A stretch of DNA of 63,781 nucleotides, filler included, from Klebsormidium nitens (lineage: Eukaryota; Plantae; Klebsormidiophyceae), in the NCBI GenBank assembly GCA_000708835.1. It is 6 parts of 6 records of this genome, joined end to end, with 100 filler letters (N's around TTAATTAATTAA, not from the genome) between each part and the next. Parts side by side here need not be neighbours in the genome. Positions count along the whole stretch, not along the records: positions 1 to 25,000 come from DF237864.1; 5 more parts are not named here. One strand, 5' to 3'. Both the position numbers and the translations under genes were made by a program. Shown here one piece after another: positions 10,463-21,823 of this stretch (positions are counted from its first letter, which is position 1; each line of letters opens with the position of its first letter). A model generated the notes under the pieces. The model had not been told where the DNA came from and did no database searches. It saw nothing but the letters and a program-made list of their open reading frames with translations.

Positions 10463-13400
10463 TCTTTCTCGTGGGCTGCTGCCGCCCTCTGAAGCTGCCC
10501 TATTTGCTTGGTCTAAGCTAACACCTTTCTTTCGCTTCTCTCTAGCTGTTTCTTTAGACCTTTGTTCAAGTTTTTCAATGCCTCTATCTTATTCTCCTTG
10601 CTTGACTGGCTCCCTTCCGATGTGCGTGTCTCTATTTTTGACTAAGATTCTCTCTCTAATTTTGAAGCCTCCGGTTGCTCTACTCCATATTCGATTTCTG
10701 GATGATCGAAATCATAGCCCTCGACCTCCCTTCCTCCAGTTCTTATGCTGCATGTGTAGCTTTTTTGCATCATGATTTTCTAAACTATCACCCTCCAGAA
10801 AGTCGATGTTTTTTCTCTGGACTATCAAAGATTGTCCTTCCTCCGATTCCGGTGGTTTTCCGATTTTAACTAGCCCCTCTCCAAATCCCTCATTGCTAAA
10901 TCCATCTTCTTTGCCTGAAATTCATCTTTAAACAAATTCCCAAACAATCTCCCTGTTTTTCGCTACTCTCCTTTGCTTCTGGCTCTTTGGGTGTTTCGAC
11001 GCTTTCGTCCTGGGCGGTGGGTTTATTGGGAGCGAAGACAATCCCTTCCTCAGCTACTGCCACCCTCTCGTCCTGCTGCTGGCTGGTTTTTTGCGGCTCC
11101 ATGACTGCTACGAAGCGAACCAATTTGTTTAAATTTCTAGATGTTGTACCACCAGTTTTTTTGGCGTTCCATTGCCTCCTTTTCCCTCGATCTTTAAAGC
11201 GGGCGTGTCCCGAGCTGCGTCCTCTTCTAGGCTAGCCGAATCTTTGCTTTGCACGAAAGACTCCAGCTCAATCGACGAAGTGCCCTGTTAGAATCACAAT
11301 GCCGGGTCTTTCTATGGTGTGCCAACCTAGGAGCCGCTTCCTTTCTTACCGTTTTTGGCACCCATGCACCATCCTTATGTCAATCTGGTCGCCCTGCTGT
11401 TTGTCTTTGCTTGGCGCCGCTCTTTCTGATTAATACCTCCTTTCTCCCTGTCTCCTTACGGCTAATGGGTACCCGACATTGCTTCTTTGATCGAACGAGT
11501 TTCCATGAACCACTGAACCAGTGTGCACTGGCTGCTCTTTGAAAAGCTCGACTTTTACGTTCGACTCGTCGACTCGACAATACGAGGGATATATTGAATC
11601 TCGACCGATTTGCAACACCTCTGCCCTCCTGTTGCACTTCTCACTTTATTGGCATAGAACTAGCAGGACTGGATTCTCGAGGGCGCACACAGCCCGTAGG
11701 GTCAGGCGCTTGCGACGGGTATTCCTGCATGGCATTCGTTCAATGTTTTGTCGTTTGTGTTCCACATTGTGTTCAGTCCGCAACAAAATTCCAAACTCTC
11801 GCCATTTTTTGCTTTGTTTATTTTGGCCGCAGACTCGGAGTAGATAACGAGTACTTTCGCCGGATTTTGACACCGAGTCGAGCTCGATAATTCCAACTCC
11901 GACTGGATGCGTTGCAGACTCCTCTGCCATTTGACCGGAGATTAACCGGAGGAATGACAGACCGACCCCAACCCTCCGGAGGTCGCCAACCTCATATAAC
12001 TGGCCTGTGCACCGAAATTCCCTTATCATTGGATTTTTAGGCACTAAATGAGACCCATGTCTCGCTATAAACCTAAGGCAAATAGGGTCTTCTATAGCCA
12101 AGAAGCTAGGAAAACACCCTTTATACCAACCGAAAGAACGTCCCTGCTCACTATCTGCATAGTGCACGGCACACATCAAATTTACGCAAAGGCAAGGTGG
12201 TGGCTGAAGAACCGTTGAGGATTTTCGGCTAAGGCAAGAACGGCTTTTCAAATTTCCCGGAAACCTTTTGATGAATGGATTCTTGGCGTGCCGTGGCTTC
12301 TATTTTCTTGGAATCATTGTGAAACTTCGAAAGTTCTCTATCAAGACTTAGAAAGCTTCTATCGGATGCATTTAGCTTGCAGTCATCGATTTATAAACTA
12401 TTTCAATAAAACCAATATTGATCATATGTTGTCTGCAGCCCTCATTTACCTCACATGCAAATTCATTATCCTACGATGATTTCAGGTCTTCGTCTTTGAA
12501 GGTTCGAAAGCTGGTCACGACTCCCTTCCACGTCCTCCCATGCACAAGCTTATGGTGACGACACCCTCTACAAGCTATATAATGGGCCATACTCGATGTG
12601 GAAAATTCCTGAAAATCATTAAAGCTCTTTGTGCATGGCTTGAACCATGGATGAATAGGAGCGCTACAATTACACTGTCTGCTATGGACTTTGCAAATCA
12701 GCAACGTTAATATTAAAAGCTTGAAATGCCGACACGCATGACATATGGCTTAAATTGCAACTGTAGACATAGAATGAACTTGGGTACCACAGCATACATG
12801 TAAGCCTCAATGACAGTGTCTACCTTTTATCTGAGTAGGTACCGCTGTGGGTAACGTCATGCGATATCGTGCGACGGTAGCCAGGCAATTGTAGTTTTGA
12901 AAGTTTCATTTTTTTTTGCTTTTTAAGCGTGCAGAATACCTCTAGTCAAACTTTACGCCGCACACGTCAGAAAGTGCGTACTGCCCAGCGCGTTACAATT
13001 TGAAGGCTTCACAGGCTCAAAATTGAAGGACAAGCGTCGCGCTTTGGTTCAATTCGTCAAAATCCGATGGTCCACGAGAGGGTTGAAAAGTTTAACTTCA
13101 AGGTTTTCTTTTGGCGTTTGTGATTCGTTTTGCTCTGGCCGTGGACTAGTCGTTTCAATACCAGGATGCTTCCATTCTGGGCAAATTGAAGCGTTGGTAA
13201 CTTTTTCTCCCGCTGCTTGTGAACCGTGAATATGTCTGGCCTTGTCGGTGTGAGCCACCACTCCTCGGAGTAGAGAAATCTTGGGATAGCAAGTTATTGC
13301 AGATGCGGCCGCAATCGGAACCGTGGTAGGCGAAGTGAGTTCGCTCGGAAAAGTGCTAAGGCACAATTTGATGTCTCGTTAGTCCTCTCCGTGACGAAAA

Positions 13401-13790
13401 TGCGTTTGAGAAAGATCATCCCATGACCGCGGTCGAACTGGAGTTCACGACGACTACTTCGTGAAGCGCTGGGGTTGGGGGTTCGCAACTGTGTCGATGA
13501 AGCAATTGAAACTTTGTAATAAATCACAGCGTACTCGCACATGAAAGCTCTGGGACATTGTTCAAAAACTAGAAAGAAGAGGTTGATGTCCTTATGTGCT
13601 TAAGTGCGAAAACGCACGAGGTCGTCTGTGACGAAGGATTTTGCGGCGAAAGCCGTTGAAAGATCACTTGCGCTCGGCAGACGAAAATTCATGACATCTG
13701 ATCTGCCTTGCTGGCGAGCGAAGGTGTGAAGAGCTTTATTCTTTATCCATAAAACCCTAGCTTGCCAAGATTGCCGCAGCATAAGTTTGT
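10463..13790 (-). pseudogene. Decayed unidentified coding sequence (continues at ~3900-4789 on the other side of the Copia insertion)
   Basis: Patchy minus-strand reading frames and E/K-rich tracts on both sides of the Copia TSD. One frame is restored by removing the 11549-11880 insert. No family recognised. Confidence 0.35.
11549..11880. mobile_element. 332-bp non-autonomous insertion with CGACT..AGTCG termini and AGCT target duplication
   Basis: AGCT at 11545-11548 and 11881-11884, with clustered CGACTCG subterminal motifs. Excision joins minus-strand VGIIEL to FKEQPVH in frame. Confidence 0.7.
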
Positions 13791-14141
13791 TGTTGAAACA
13801 GCATTGTTGGAAATGATATTCAATCAATCAAGTTCAGATAATGTATATGGAGTGTTTTGAGTCACGGCCGATCTCTAGATCTACACTCTGGCCTAGTGGC
13901 TCAGTGGACCGTCACCTAGTGAATCCGGAAATGTCGCTCTAAACCGTACATCGACGGATCTTATCGAACCTACACGACATCGACGGGTATCGCCGAGTCA
14001 TTCGGGTGTAATGTTGTAACCCGCTGCGCATTTAACTGTGTAAATGTGACTACTAGCTACCGTCGAATTACCGTCGACGTCGTGATAATGAAATGCTAAA
14101 ATCACCCAGCGATTCAGTCCCTAAATGCCCGTATCTCGACA
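13791..14141 (-). repeat. 3' LTR of Copia element 2
   Basis: The reverse complement begins TGTCGAGATACGGGCATTTAG after a purine tract and ends TTTCAACA; both termini resemble the element 1 LTR. Confidence 0.85.
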
Positions 14142-17105
14142 CTCTTCCACACTAATGACTATGCGATTCCTATCTCGCTCTTGCACTTTTGAACTTATCT
14201 GGTGCCAGTGCCTTCATTTCGTCCGTCTGGCAGTACGCGAATGCGACCTCCTTGCGTGCCACGCGCTCCCGTACAAAATGATGAATCATGCCAATGTGCT
14301 TCGACCGCTGCGTAGCGATTGGATGCTTCAGTAGCCGAATTGCCCCCTGGTTGTCGCAGTAGATCTGGACCGTTCCGAGGTCCAACTCGAGATCTCCCCG
14401 AGGTTGCGGATCCACAGCGCCTCCTTCACTGCTTGCGCTGCGCTCATGTATTCCGCCTCTACCGTCGAGGCCGCCACCGTTGGCCACAGTCTGCTCGACC
14501 AGCTCACCGCCCCCCTGTACATCAGGAAGGTGTAACCCATTGTGGACCCTTTCGTGTCCACGTCTCCAGCGTAATCCGCGTCATAAAAACCGACGAGAGT
14601 CTCATCGCTCCCCACGAGGTCACCCCGTCCTCCGCCGTCCCCGCCAGATAGCGCACAACGCCAAGTGTCGCCCGCCAATTCGCCTCCGTCGGCCCTGCCA
14701 TGTAGCGCGCAAGCGCGCCCACCGCCTGTGCGATGTCGGGCCTCGTGCAAACACTCGGGTACAGCGGGCTTCCCACACTCGCTGTATGGAAACCGCTTTG
14801 TGTTGAGGGGCTCACCTTCCTTCGTTAACTTGTCCCCCGTTCCAAGAGCAACGCTACGCGCCCGCGCGTCCGCCAGTCCGTAACGTCCGACCAGCTCCCC
14901 CGTCAGCTTCTTCTGCGTCAGCTTCAGACTGCGTGCCTCCCTGTCGGGCGTCAGCTCCATCGCGAGGAAGTTTGTTGCCTTCTCCACATCGCGCACATCG
15001 AACTTCTCCGTCAAGTGCGCCTTCACCTTCACAAACCGCTCCTCTCCACATGCCTCCACGAGGATGTCGTCCACCCACACCACGAGGTAGCCCCGCTCCC
15101 CGGCCACAATCCCCGTGAAAAGCGCTGCGTCCGCCATGGACGCCACGAACTCGAAGTTCCCAAGCTCGTCCTTCAAGCGCATGTGCGCCACACGCGGCGC
15201 CTGGCGCAACCTGGTGCGCTTGAGGCGGCAGACCATGTCCGGCCCAATTTGCTCCTATCCCTGCGGCTGCTGCATGTAGATCTCCTCCTCCAGCTCCCCG
15301 TCAAGGAACGCCGTCTTGACATCAAGCTCAGTGCNNNNNNNNNNNNNNNNNNNNCTCCTATCCCTGCGGCTGCTGCATGTAGATCTCCTCCTCCAGCTCC
15401 CCGTCAAGGAACGCCGTCTTGACATCAAGCTCAGTGCAGCTCCAAGTTGCGCTCCGCGACCACCGCCAACAGCGCACGCAACGTCGTGTGCTGGCTGACC
15501 GGGGCGTAGACCTCGTCGAAGAGTCAATCCCCTGCTTCTGCAGGTAGCCCTTTGCCATCAACCGGGACTCGTACCCGCTCCACAATATCGTGAGCGTCCC
15601 GCTTGATTTTGTAGACCCACTTCATGGGAAACGGCTTGACCCCTTCCGGTTTTTCAACGATCTCCCACGTCCCGTTCTCCAAAAGGGGACGCATCTCCTC
15701 GTCCATGGACTTCCGCCAGAGGTCACTCTCTTCTCCCCCAACGGCTTTTTGATAACTTTGCGGTTCCGGATGCTCCCTTGTTCCTCTGGGGTGCTTCCCC
15801 GCTTCCGCATCCGCCGCCAAGTTGGCGCAATACCCCTCTCCAGGCGCATGATTCTCACGCGGGGAGTACCTCTAAGCAGCCGGTGTTGGCATCTTGATGT
15901 CCTCCGCAATCTCTTTCGGCTCTGCTCTGCTCTCTTGCACAATTTCCGAAACTTGCCCACTTTGGTTGGTTTTGGAAATCGTGCAACGCGGCTGCGGTCG
16001 GTCGCGGCGAGTACGCGTGTGTGGGCGCCGGTGCAGGCGGGGTCGCGCGCCCTTGCGCCTCCTCGGGAAAACCCTCCGTCTGATCGGAGCGCAGCTCGAC
16101 AACCCCGTTGTCCCTTTCGCCCTCGTCAAAAATGACGTCCCGGGAGATTTTGATCCTTCCGTCGCTCTCTCGGAGCACCCGGTACGCCTTGGAGTCCGGC
16201 TCATACCCCACGAACACACACCGCTCGCTTACCGGATCCAACTTCCGTCTTCTTTGGGACGTGCCTAAGGCTCGCGCCCCAAACACCCGCATGTGCCCGA
16301 CGTTGGGCTTCTTGCAGTAGAACGCCTCCCAACGGGATCCTCCCGTATGCGCTCACTGGGGTCCGGTTCCGGATGTAGTTGGCCGTCACAACGGCCCGCG
16401 CCGCACATTTTTTGGGCACCCCCGAGTCCTCGAGCATCGCCCGGACCTTCTCAACCAGTTGCCGATTGAGCCGCTCTGCCGACCCGTTCTGCTCGGCCGT
16501 GGTAGGGGGCGGTCTTCTCGTGCACCACTCCCCTTGCCCCAGACACGTCNNNNNNNNNNNNNNNNNNNNNNNNNNNNNNNNNNNNNNNNNNNNNNNNNNN
16601 NNNNNNNNNNNNNNNNNNNNNNNNNNNNNNNNNNNNNNNNNNNNNNNNNNNNNNNNNNNNNNNNNNNNNNNNNNNNNNNNNNNNNNNNNNNNNNNNNNNN
16701 NNNNNNNNNNNNNNNNNNNNNNNNNNNNNNNNNNNNNNNNNNNNNNNNNNNNNNNNNNNNNNNNNNNNNNNNNNNNNNNNNNNNNNNNNNNNNNNNNNNN
16801 NNNACGAGGAAGCACGCGTTCTCCCCGGCGCGGCGCCCTCCCGCTCCGTTTTCAAAAGCGGCCCCTCTTGCCAACAACTTTTGAGGATCGTGCGCTCTTC
16901 GCCCAATCGACTACGTAGATCCCCTTCACTTTCGGAGCTACAAGCACTACCTCCCCGTCAACCTCAAGCTCACAATTGCCGTTCTCCTTGAAAAAAGCTG
17001 ATGCGATCTCGGTTGCCTTGCTCACCGAGATCAGATTTGCCGCAACCCCTGGGACGTACATCACATTCTGCAGAATGACCAGACACTCTCTGGTCCGATG
17101 TCACC
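13791..17105 (-). mobile_element. 5'-truncated Ty1/Copia element (sister family of element 1)
   Basis: Minus-strand integrase (AERLNRQL), RT (ELDVKTAFLDG, VWVDDIL) and RNaseH (YDADYAGD, STVEAEY, YCDNQGA) with many frameshifts. Homology to element 1 stops at ~17105; no gag or 5' LTR. Confidence 0.93.
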
Positions 17106-17657
17106 GTTTATACTCGTGCAATTGTGCATGTTAGACTTAACCTTAGCCCAATCGTCATAGCTAGTCACATTGAGAGTTATCGGAGTGCTCCACAGCCGGC
17201 TTGAAACGGTACGTCACAGTGCAACCCTTTCAAAAAATGCCGCCTGAGTGTATTGTCGCATAAATTGGGTCGTGAATTCCTTACTTTTGTGGATATCTCA
17301 GGTCTTTGGTAGAGTGCTTAAAGCCTGCACGGCGGCTTACTAATGATACGTGCTCTGTGGAAAGGCTTGACATTGTGCTTTTGGCCGGATCCACTCATTG
17401 ACGGCTCAAATCAATTACTCAGCGATCATCGTCTTCCTTCACATGCTGCCACATGCAACTCGCCACTGACCCGCCATACAATCGAAAGTTGGCACCGCTG
17501 GACCACTTCAATACACTTGGTGACTGCCTGACTATACACCTGGTTCCGAAGTTGACCAATACCTGGCATATCTCAAGCTGCCAACGAACCTCATCGTAAT
17601 TTTCGCCGATGATTAGTTCCTTAAATGCGTGATGTTTTTAGTATGATCTAGCTGCCG

Positions 17658-18149
17658 TCAGGCACGCGCCAATCGGCGCATGTGGCAACGCGTCCGTTTT
17701 GAATTTGCACTTGCTGAGGATGCCCTTAGCGAGGCGTGACAAGGCCCCGTCCGGATGCCCTTACACTTGATACACTCGGCGCATGTTGCACGGTTGCGGC
17801 GGACACTGTGCTGAAGCACACTGTATCGCCGAGGTGCGTTTTTGGTACTACCCGGCGCGGTCGGGCAAGTTGGTAAACAAGCGGCCAGCGCTGGTCCACC
17901 CTTTTGAGTGCTGGGCGAGCCGCGAGCAAGGGCCGCCTCGAGGAGGAAATCATTGAATGCCATCCATGAGTTCGGTGAGGGACCAAAGTTCGGGCCCGTG
18001 TTGTACACAACGAAAATGCTATCGGGAGGGTACGAATCTCCGGGCCTGCTGCTTGGGTGGGCCCCAATCGCGGTCGGCGCTGGCGCGGTGACTTGGTTGA
18101 GGTAGTTGCGTCGGCCCTCGGCCCGGTAGTTCCGATCTAGCCGTTGCAT
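17658..18149 (-). other. Unidentified 163-aa ORF with a C-terminal Cys cluster
   Basis: ORF track; CAECIKCKG..PC at the C-terminus; no family recognised. Confidence 0.2.
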
Positions 18150-19145
18150 TCACGATTGCGGCGCTGATCCCGCGATTTGAGGGGCAACCACCTATGATGC
18201 CGGGGCCATGGCCGTGCCGCCTCAGATGGGGGCAAACGGGGTGTGGGTGCGTCGGGCGACATGAAGGGGTAAGCGTGGGGCCGGCGGCTGGTAAATCAAT
18301 GCTCAAATATGAATGCCCTCTAGCTAGGCTACTACATGGCTAGGGCTGCTACCTAGGCTAGGTATAGCCTAGGTACACAATGTAAATGCGTGTGTTATAT
18401 GCTAGTACGCACAATTCTTGGAACTGTCTGTCACTCTCCTTGGCAAATCACTAGCTTCTTGTGAAACACTTTCATTGTGTTGTTCTCAGAATCATGCATA
18501 TTAGGATCGAAGGTCAAAAGATATATCCGAGTTGTATTGCCCGCTTCTGATTTACCACATGCTTGCACGGCAAGATCTGCCATTCTCGGTCATGGCTTGA
18601 GAATAGCCTCGGCACCAAGGTGAGCCATTGCAATGATTTTAGTTTGATCCGATTTGGTGGCGGTAGGGCAGCCCCATACATGGAACTCTTGCGATGGCCT
18701 TGCAAAATTTTCTTCATCGCGATAAGCACCAATCATGGCAAGTTTCCGAAGGGGTTATCTAGTGTAATTTGAGCTTCAATGTAGTGCATGTATTAATCGA
18801 AGGACCACTTGGTGCCCACTCTGCTGGAATGTGTACTTGAGAGCTAGCAAGGCTATCATGCCGTCCACATGACAGGGCCTGTACATCCATCCAACTAGAT
18901 GACAGTAGCAATTTCATTCTACGTTTTCTGATGATGAACGGACCTTCTTGCATGCATGGGGCAGTTCACATAGCTGAAAAGTTGCTCGATCTGACGTTTA
19001 CACCAAAGGGACTATGATGCACAACGCAACCCTTAGAGGCGGGCATGAGCTCAAGCGCGAGGTAGACTTGGAAACCACCCAAACAGTCCAAGCGAGATAA
19101 TGTACAAGGCCGGATTGCGAAGTTCATTGGAAGGCTCTTTCATGC

Positions 19146-21161
19146 CTACTTCTTCTCCTTCTTGGCCTTCTTCTCCTTCTTCTCCGGAACCTCAGCCGGG
19201 CTGCAAAAGCACGCAAAAAAGGTTTGCATATCAGAGGCAGCAAAAAGAGCTGCCAACTTTGTCAACGAAGCTGTCTCACTCTCTTACATGAACTCAAATC
19301 GAGCTTCAACCTGCCCCCATTCGAAAGAACCAACGGCGGGCACTATGTTGGACAGCCAGCACCCCTTCCTGGTGCGGGGTAAATGCGGAGCTACAGGTGA
19401 CAAGAACTGTTGTTACCTTTCTCTCCACAATTTTTACCAGATACGAATGCCAACCAGAAGCCCACGCCTTTCATCCATTTTAAAAGCTTCTCTACGACGG
19501 TGGGGTTGAACTTACGTGTCCGCCGGCTGTGGCTCCGCCTCTGCCGCGGTATCCTGGACCCCCTGCACGCAGCCAGCACAGCAACGTCAGCCCCGTAGCA
19601 CGCTCCGTTCCCAGCTTGCTCATTCAGCGCCGTCCTTGCATCCTCAATTGCGACCAGCAGCTGCTACGCGGCAGGCACTGCGCGACATGGCCACCGCTGG
19701 ATGCACCAGCAGCCCCAGGGTGCCTCATCAAACATGGCCCCTGCCTCGCATCTCCCGTGCCCCCTTTCCTCCCCGGCCCGTGCTGCTCAATAACTCCACC
19801 TGTGCTCTGTGGTGCTCACCTGGGCGAGACGGTCCTCGCGGCGCGCAATCTTGCGCTCGCGGGACGCCTTGTTCTTGGCGCGGCGCGCCTCAAACTGGTC
19901 GGTCAGCGTCTTCTCGCGCGCCTTCTCGGCCTTGGACTTGTGGATGGCCTCCATGAGCACGCGCTTGTTCTTGTACACGTTCCCCTTGCACCGCATGTAC
20001 ATGTCGTGGTACATGTGGCGGTCAATCTTCTTGGCCTCGCGGTACTTGCGCAGCAACCGCCGCAGCACGCGCAGCCGCCGCAGCCACAGCACCTTGGTCG
20101 GCAACCGCGCCTCCCGCGTCCCCCGCCGCTTGCCTGCACAACACCCCACGCCCGCGCCCACCTCAGCACAGGCCCGCTACAAGGACCGACCACCATTACC
20201 GCCACCCCAGAGGAAACCAGAATTGCTGCCTTCAGTGCTAGAGGTTTGAGCCTGTCTGGGGGGGTGTGCCTAAATTCAAAGGGTGAGGCCATGCCAGCCC
20301 ATCCGTCTCTTGCATTGGACAGGCTGCCGTGCTGCCCACTGAGTGCCTCTGCAGCGCCTGCTGACCGGGTTGGGAGAGTGGAGGAAGCATGCTTGTACAC
20401 CACGCTTCAGCCAAAGACCGTTACCAGCAGGGAGGACGCGTGCTAGCAGCAGAAAGCGGACATACATTCTCACCAATCACCGGCGCGATTCTGTCTTAAT
20501 CCAAACCTGCTGCTTATATGTGTGGCCCTTCGCATCTTCTGCAGACAACCAGCCCCCAGCCTCATATGGGCAAGGAGGAAGAGCATCTCTGTAAGAAACC
20601 CCTCACCGTAGCCTGTGTGGCGACCCTTCCTCTTGGCCTCCAGCGCGCGGCGTGCACGGTCACGCGAGTGGATCTTCTGGGGCTTGCGGATGACAAAGCC
20701 GTCCTTAATCAACTTGCGGATATTCTGCCCTGCGCCAGCCAAGACAGCCACACGCGGGGTCAGGCAGGCAGGCACGCAGCGTGGCCAAGAAAAGCACACG
20801 GCCCAGCGGGCAGGGAAGTGCGCAGCACAGCCGCACCATATTCTCCCGCCCTCCAACCAGCAATCAGCAAGCGGTGCCGCCACTCGCTGGCCTGCTGAAA
20901 GACCACCCAGGCAGGGCAAAATTGCCGGTCTGCTGCTCACAGCTGCAACCAGGGTTGCCCAAAAGCACGGCCGTGCCTCCTGAGACTCAATAGACAACGG
21001 GGTCCGCAATCATAAGCGCACTATTACCGCATGGCGGGGGCGCACTCACTGGAGTTGGCCATGGAGATCTCGTTGACTTCGTTGGGGTCCAGCCATACTT
21101 TCCTCTCCCCCACCTTGAGCACGCTCGCGGCGAGCCGCTTCTGCAGCTTCAGGCTCACCAT
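19146..21161 (-). CDS. RPL19: 60S ribosomal protein L19 (eL19); exons 21161-21050, 20729-20607, 20133-19820, 19562-19516, 19200-19146; 216 aa
   Basis: [74 protein letters not shown]. All introns are GT-AG and the exon phases sum to 651 nt ending in TAG. Confidence 0.98.
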
Positions 21162-21435
21162 GGCGCCGCCGGCGGGCGTCCTTCCCTCACACACTGAGGC
21201 ACGGCTGGAAAAGGACCGATGCGGGCACGCCACCACGCAGGTCACCAGCTGGAGGACCCGAGGCTCAAGAAACGGGTTAACCAATCAAGCGCAGTCCCGC
21301 CCGGGCGCCACCGGGGTCGATTCAGTGCACCGGCACACCCACCTACTGCAATTACGCGATTGCGCTTGCACCAGTGCCCGGGGCCGTGCCCGTGCGTGCA
21401 CGTACGGCAGTTGCTTCAAGGTTGGGTTTTAGTAT

Positions 21436-21444
21436 AAACCCTAA
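21436..21444 (+). promoter_or_regulatory. Telo-box (AAACCCTAA) upstream of RPL19
   Basis: Exact motif ~275 bp upstream of the ATG; telo-boxes are typical of plant ribosomal-protein promoters. Confidence 0.55.
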
Positions 21445-21823
21445 GTGGCAAACTCGCAAGTCTCGAGTCCGAGTCGCCTTCACATTTCACTTGTCCGACT
21501 GTGGCCCGTCTGGGAGCTCTCGAGAGCAGATGGGTGTTCTTAGCGCGACCTGGCGTGACCTCCAGGTGGGTGCGCTCGCATTCCCCTTCCGTCCGCCTTG
21601 TTTCGGGGCAACCGACTGCTCACCTGCCCTGTGAGCCTCGCTGCATTGCTCACAACGGCACCTTGCACCAGGACACATTGCTGCTCCGCCGCGCCGCTGC
21701 GCCCCCTGGTTCCCCCTCTCGCGGTCCGGCCGCTCTGCGGGCCTGCTACTCGATGCTGCGCGCTGTGCATAGTGGCTGTGAGCGCTGCCTCCCCCCTCCC
21801 TGCGCCCTGCTGCCGGCGCCGCC

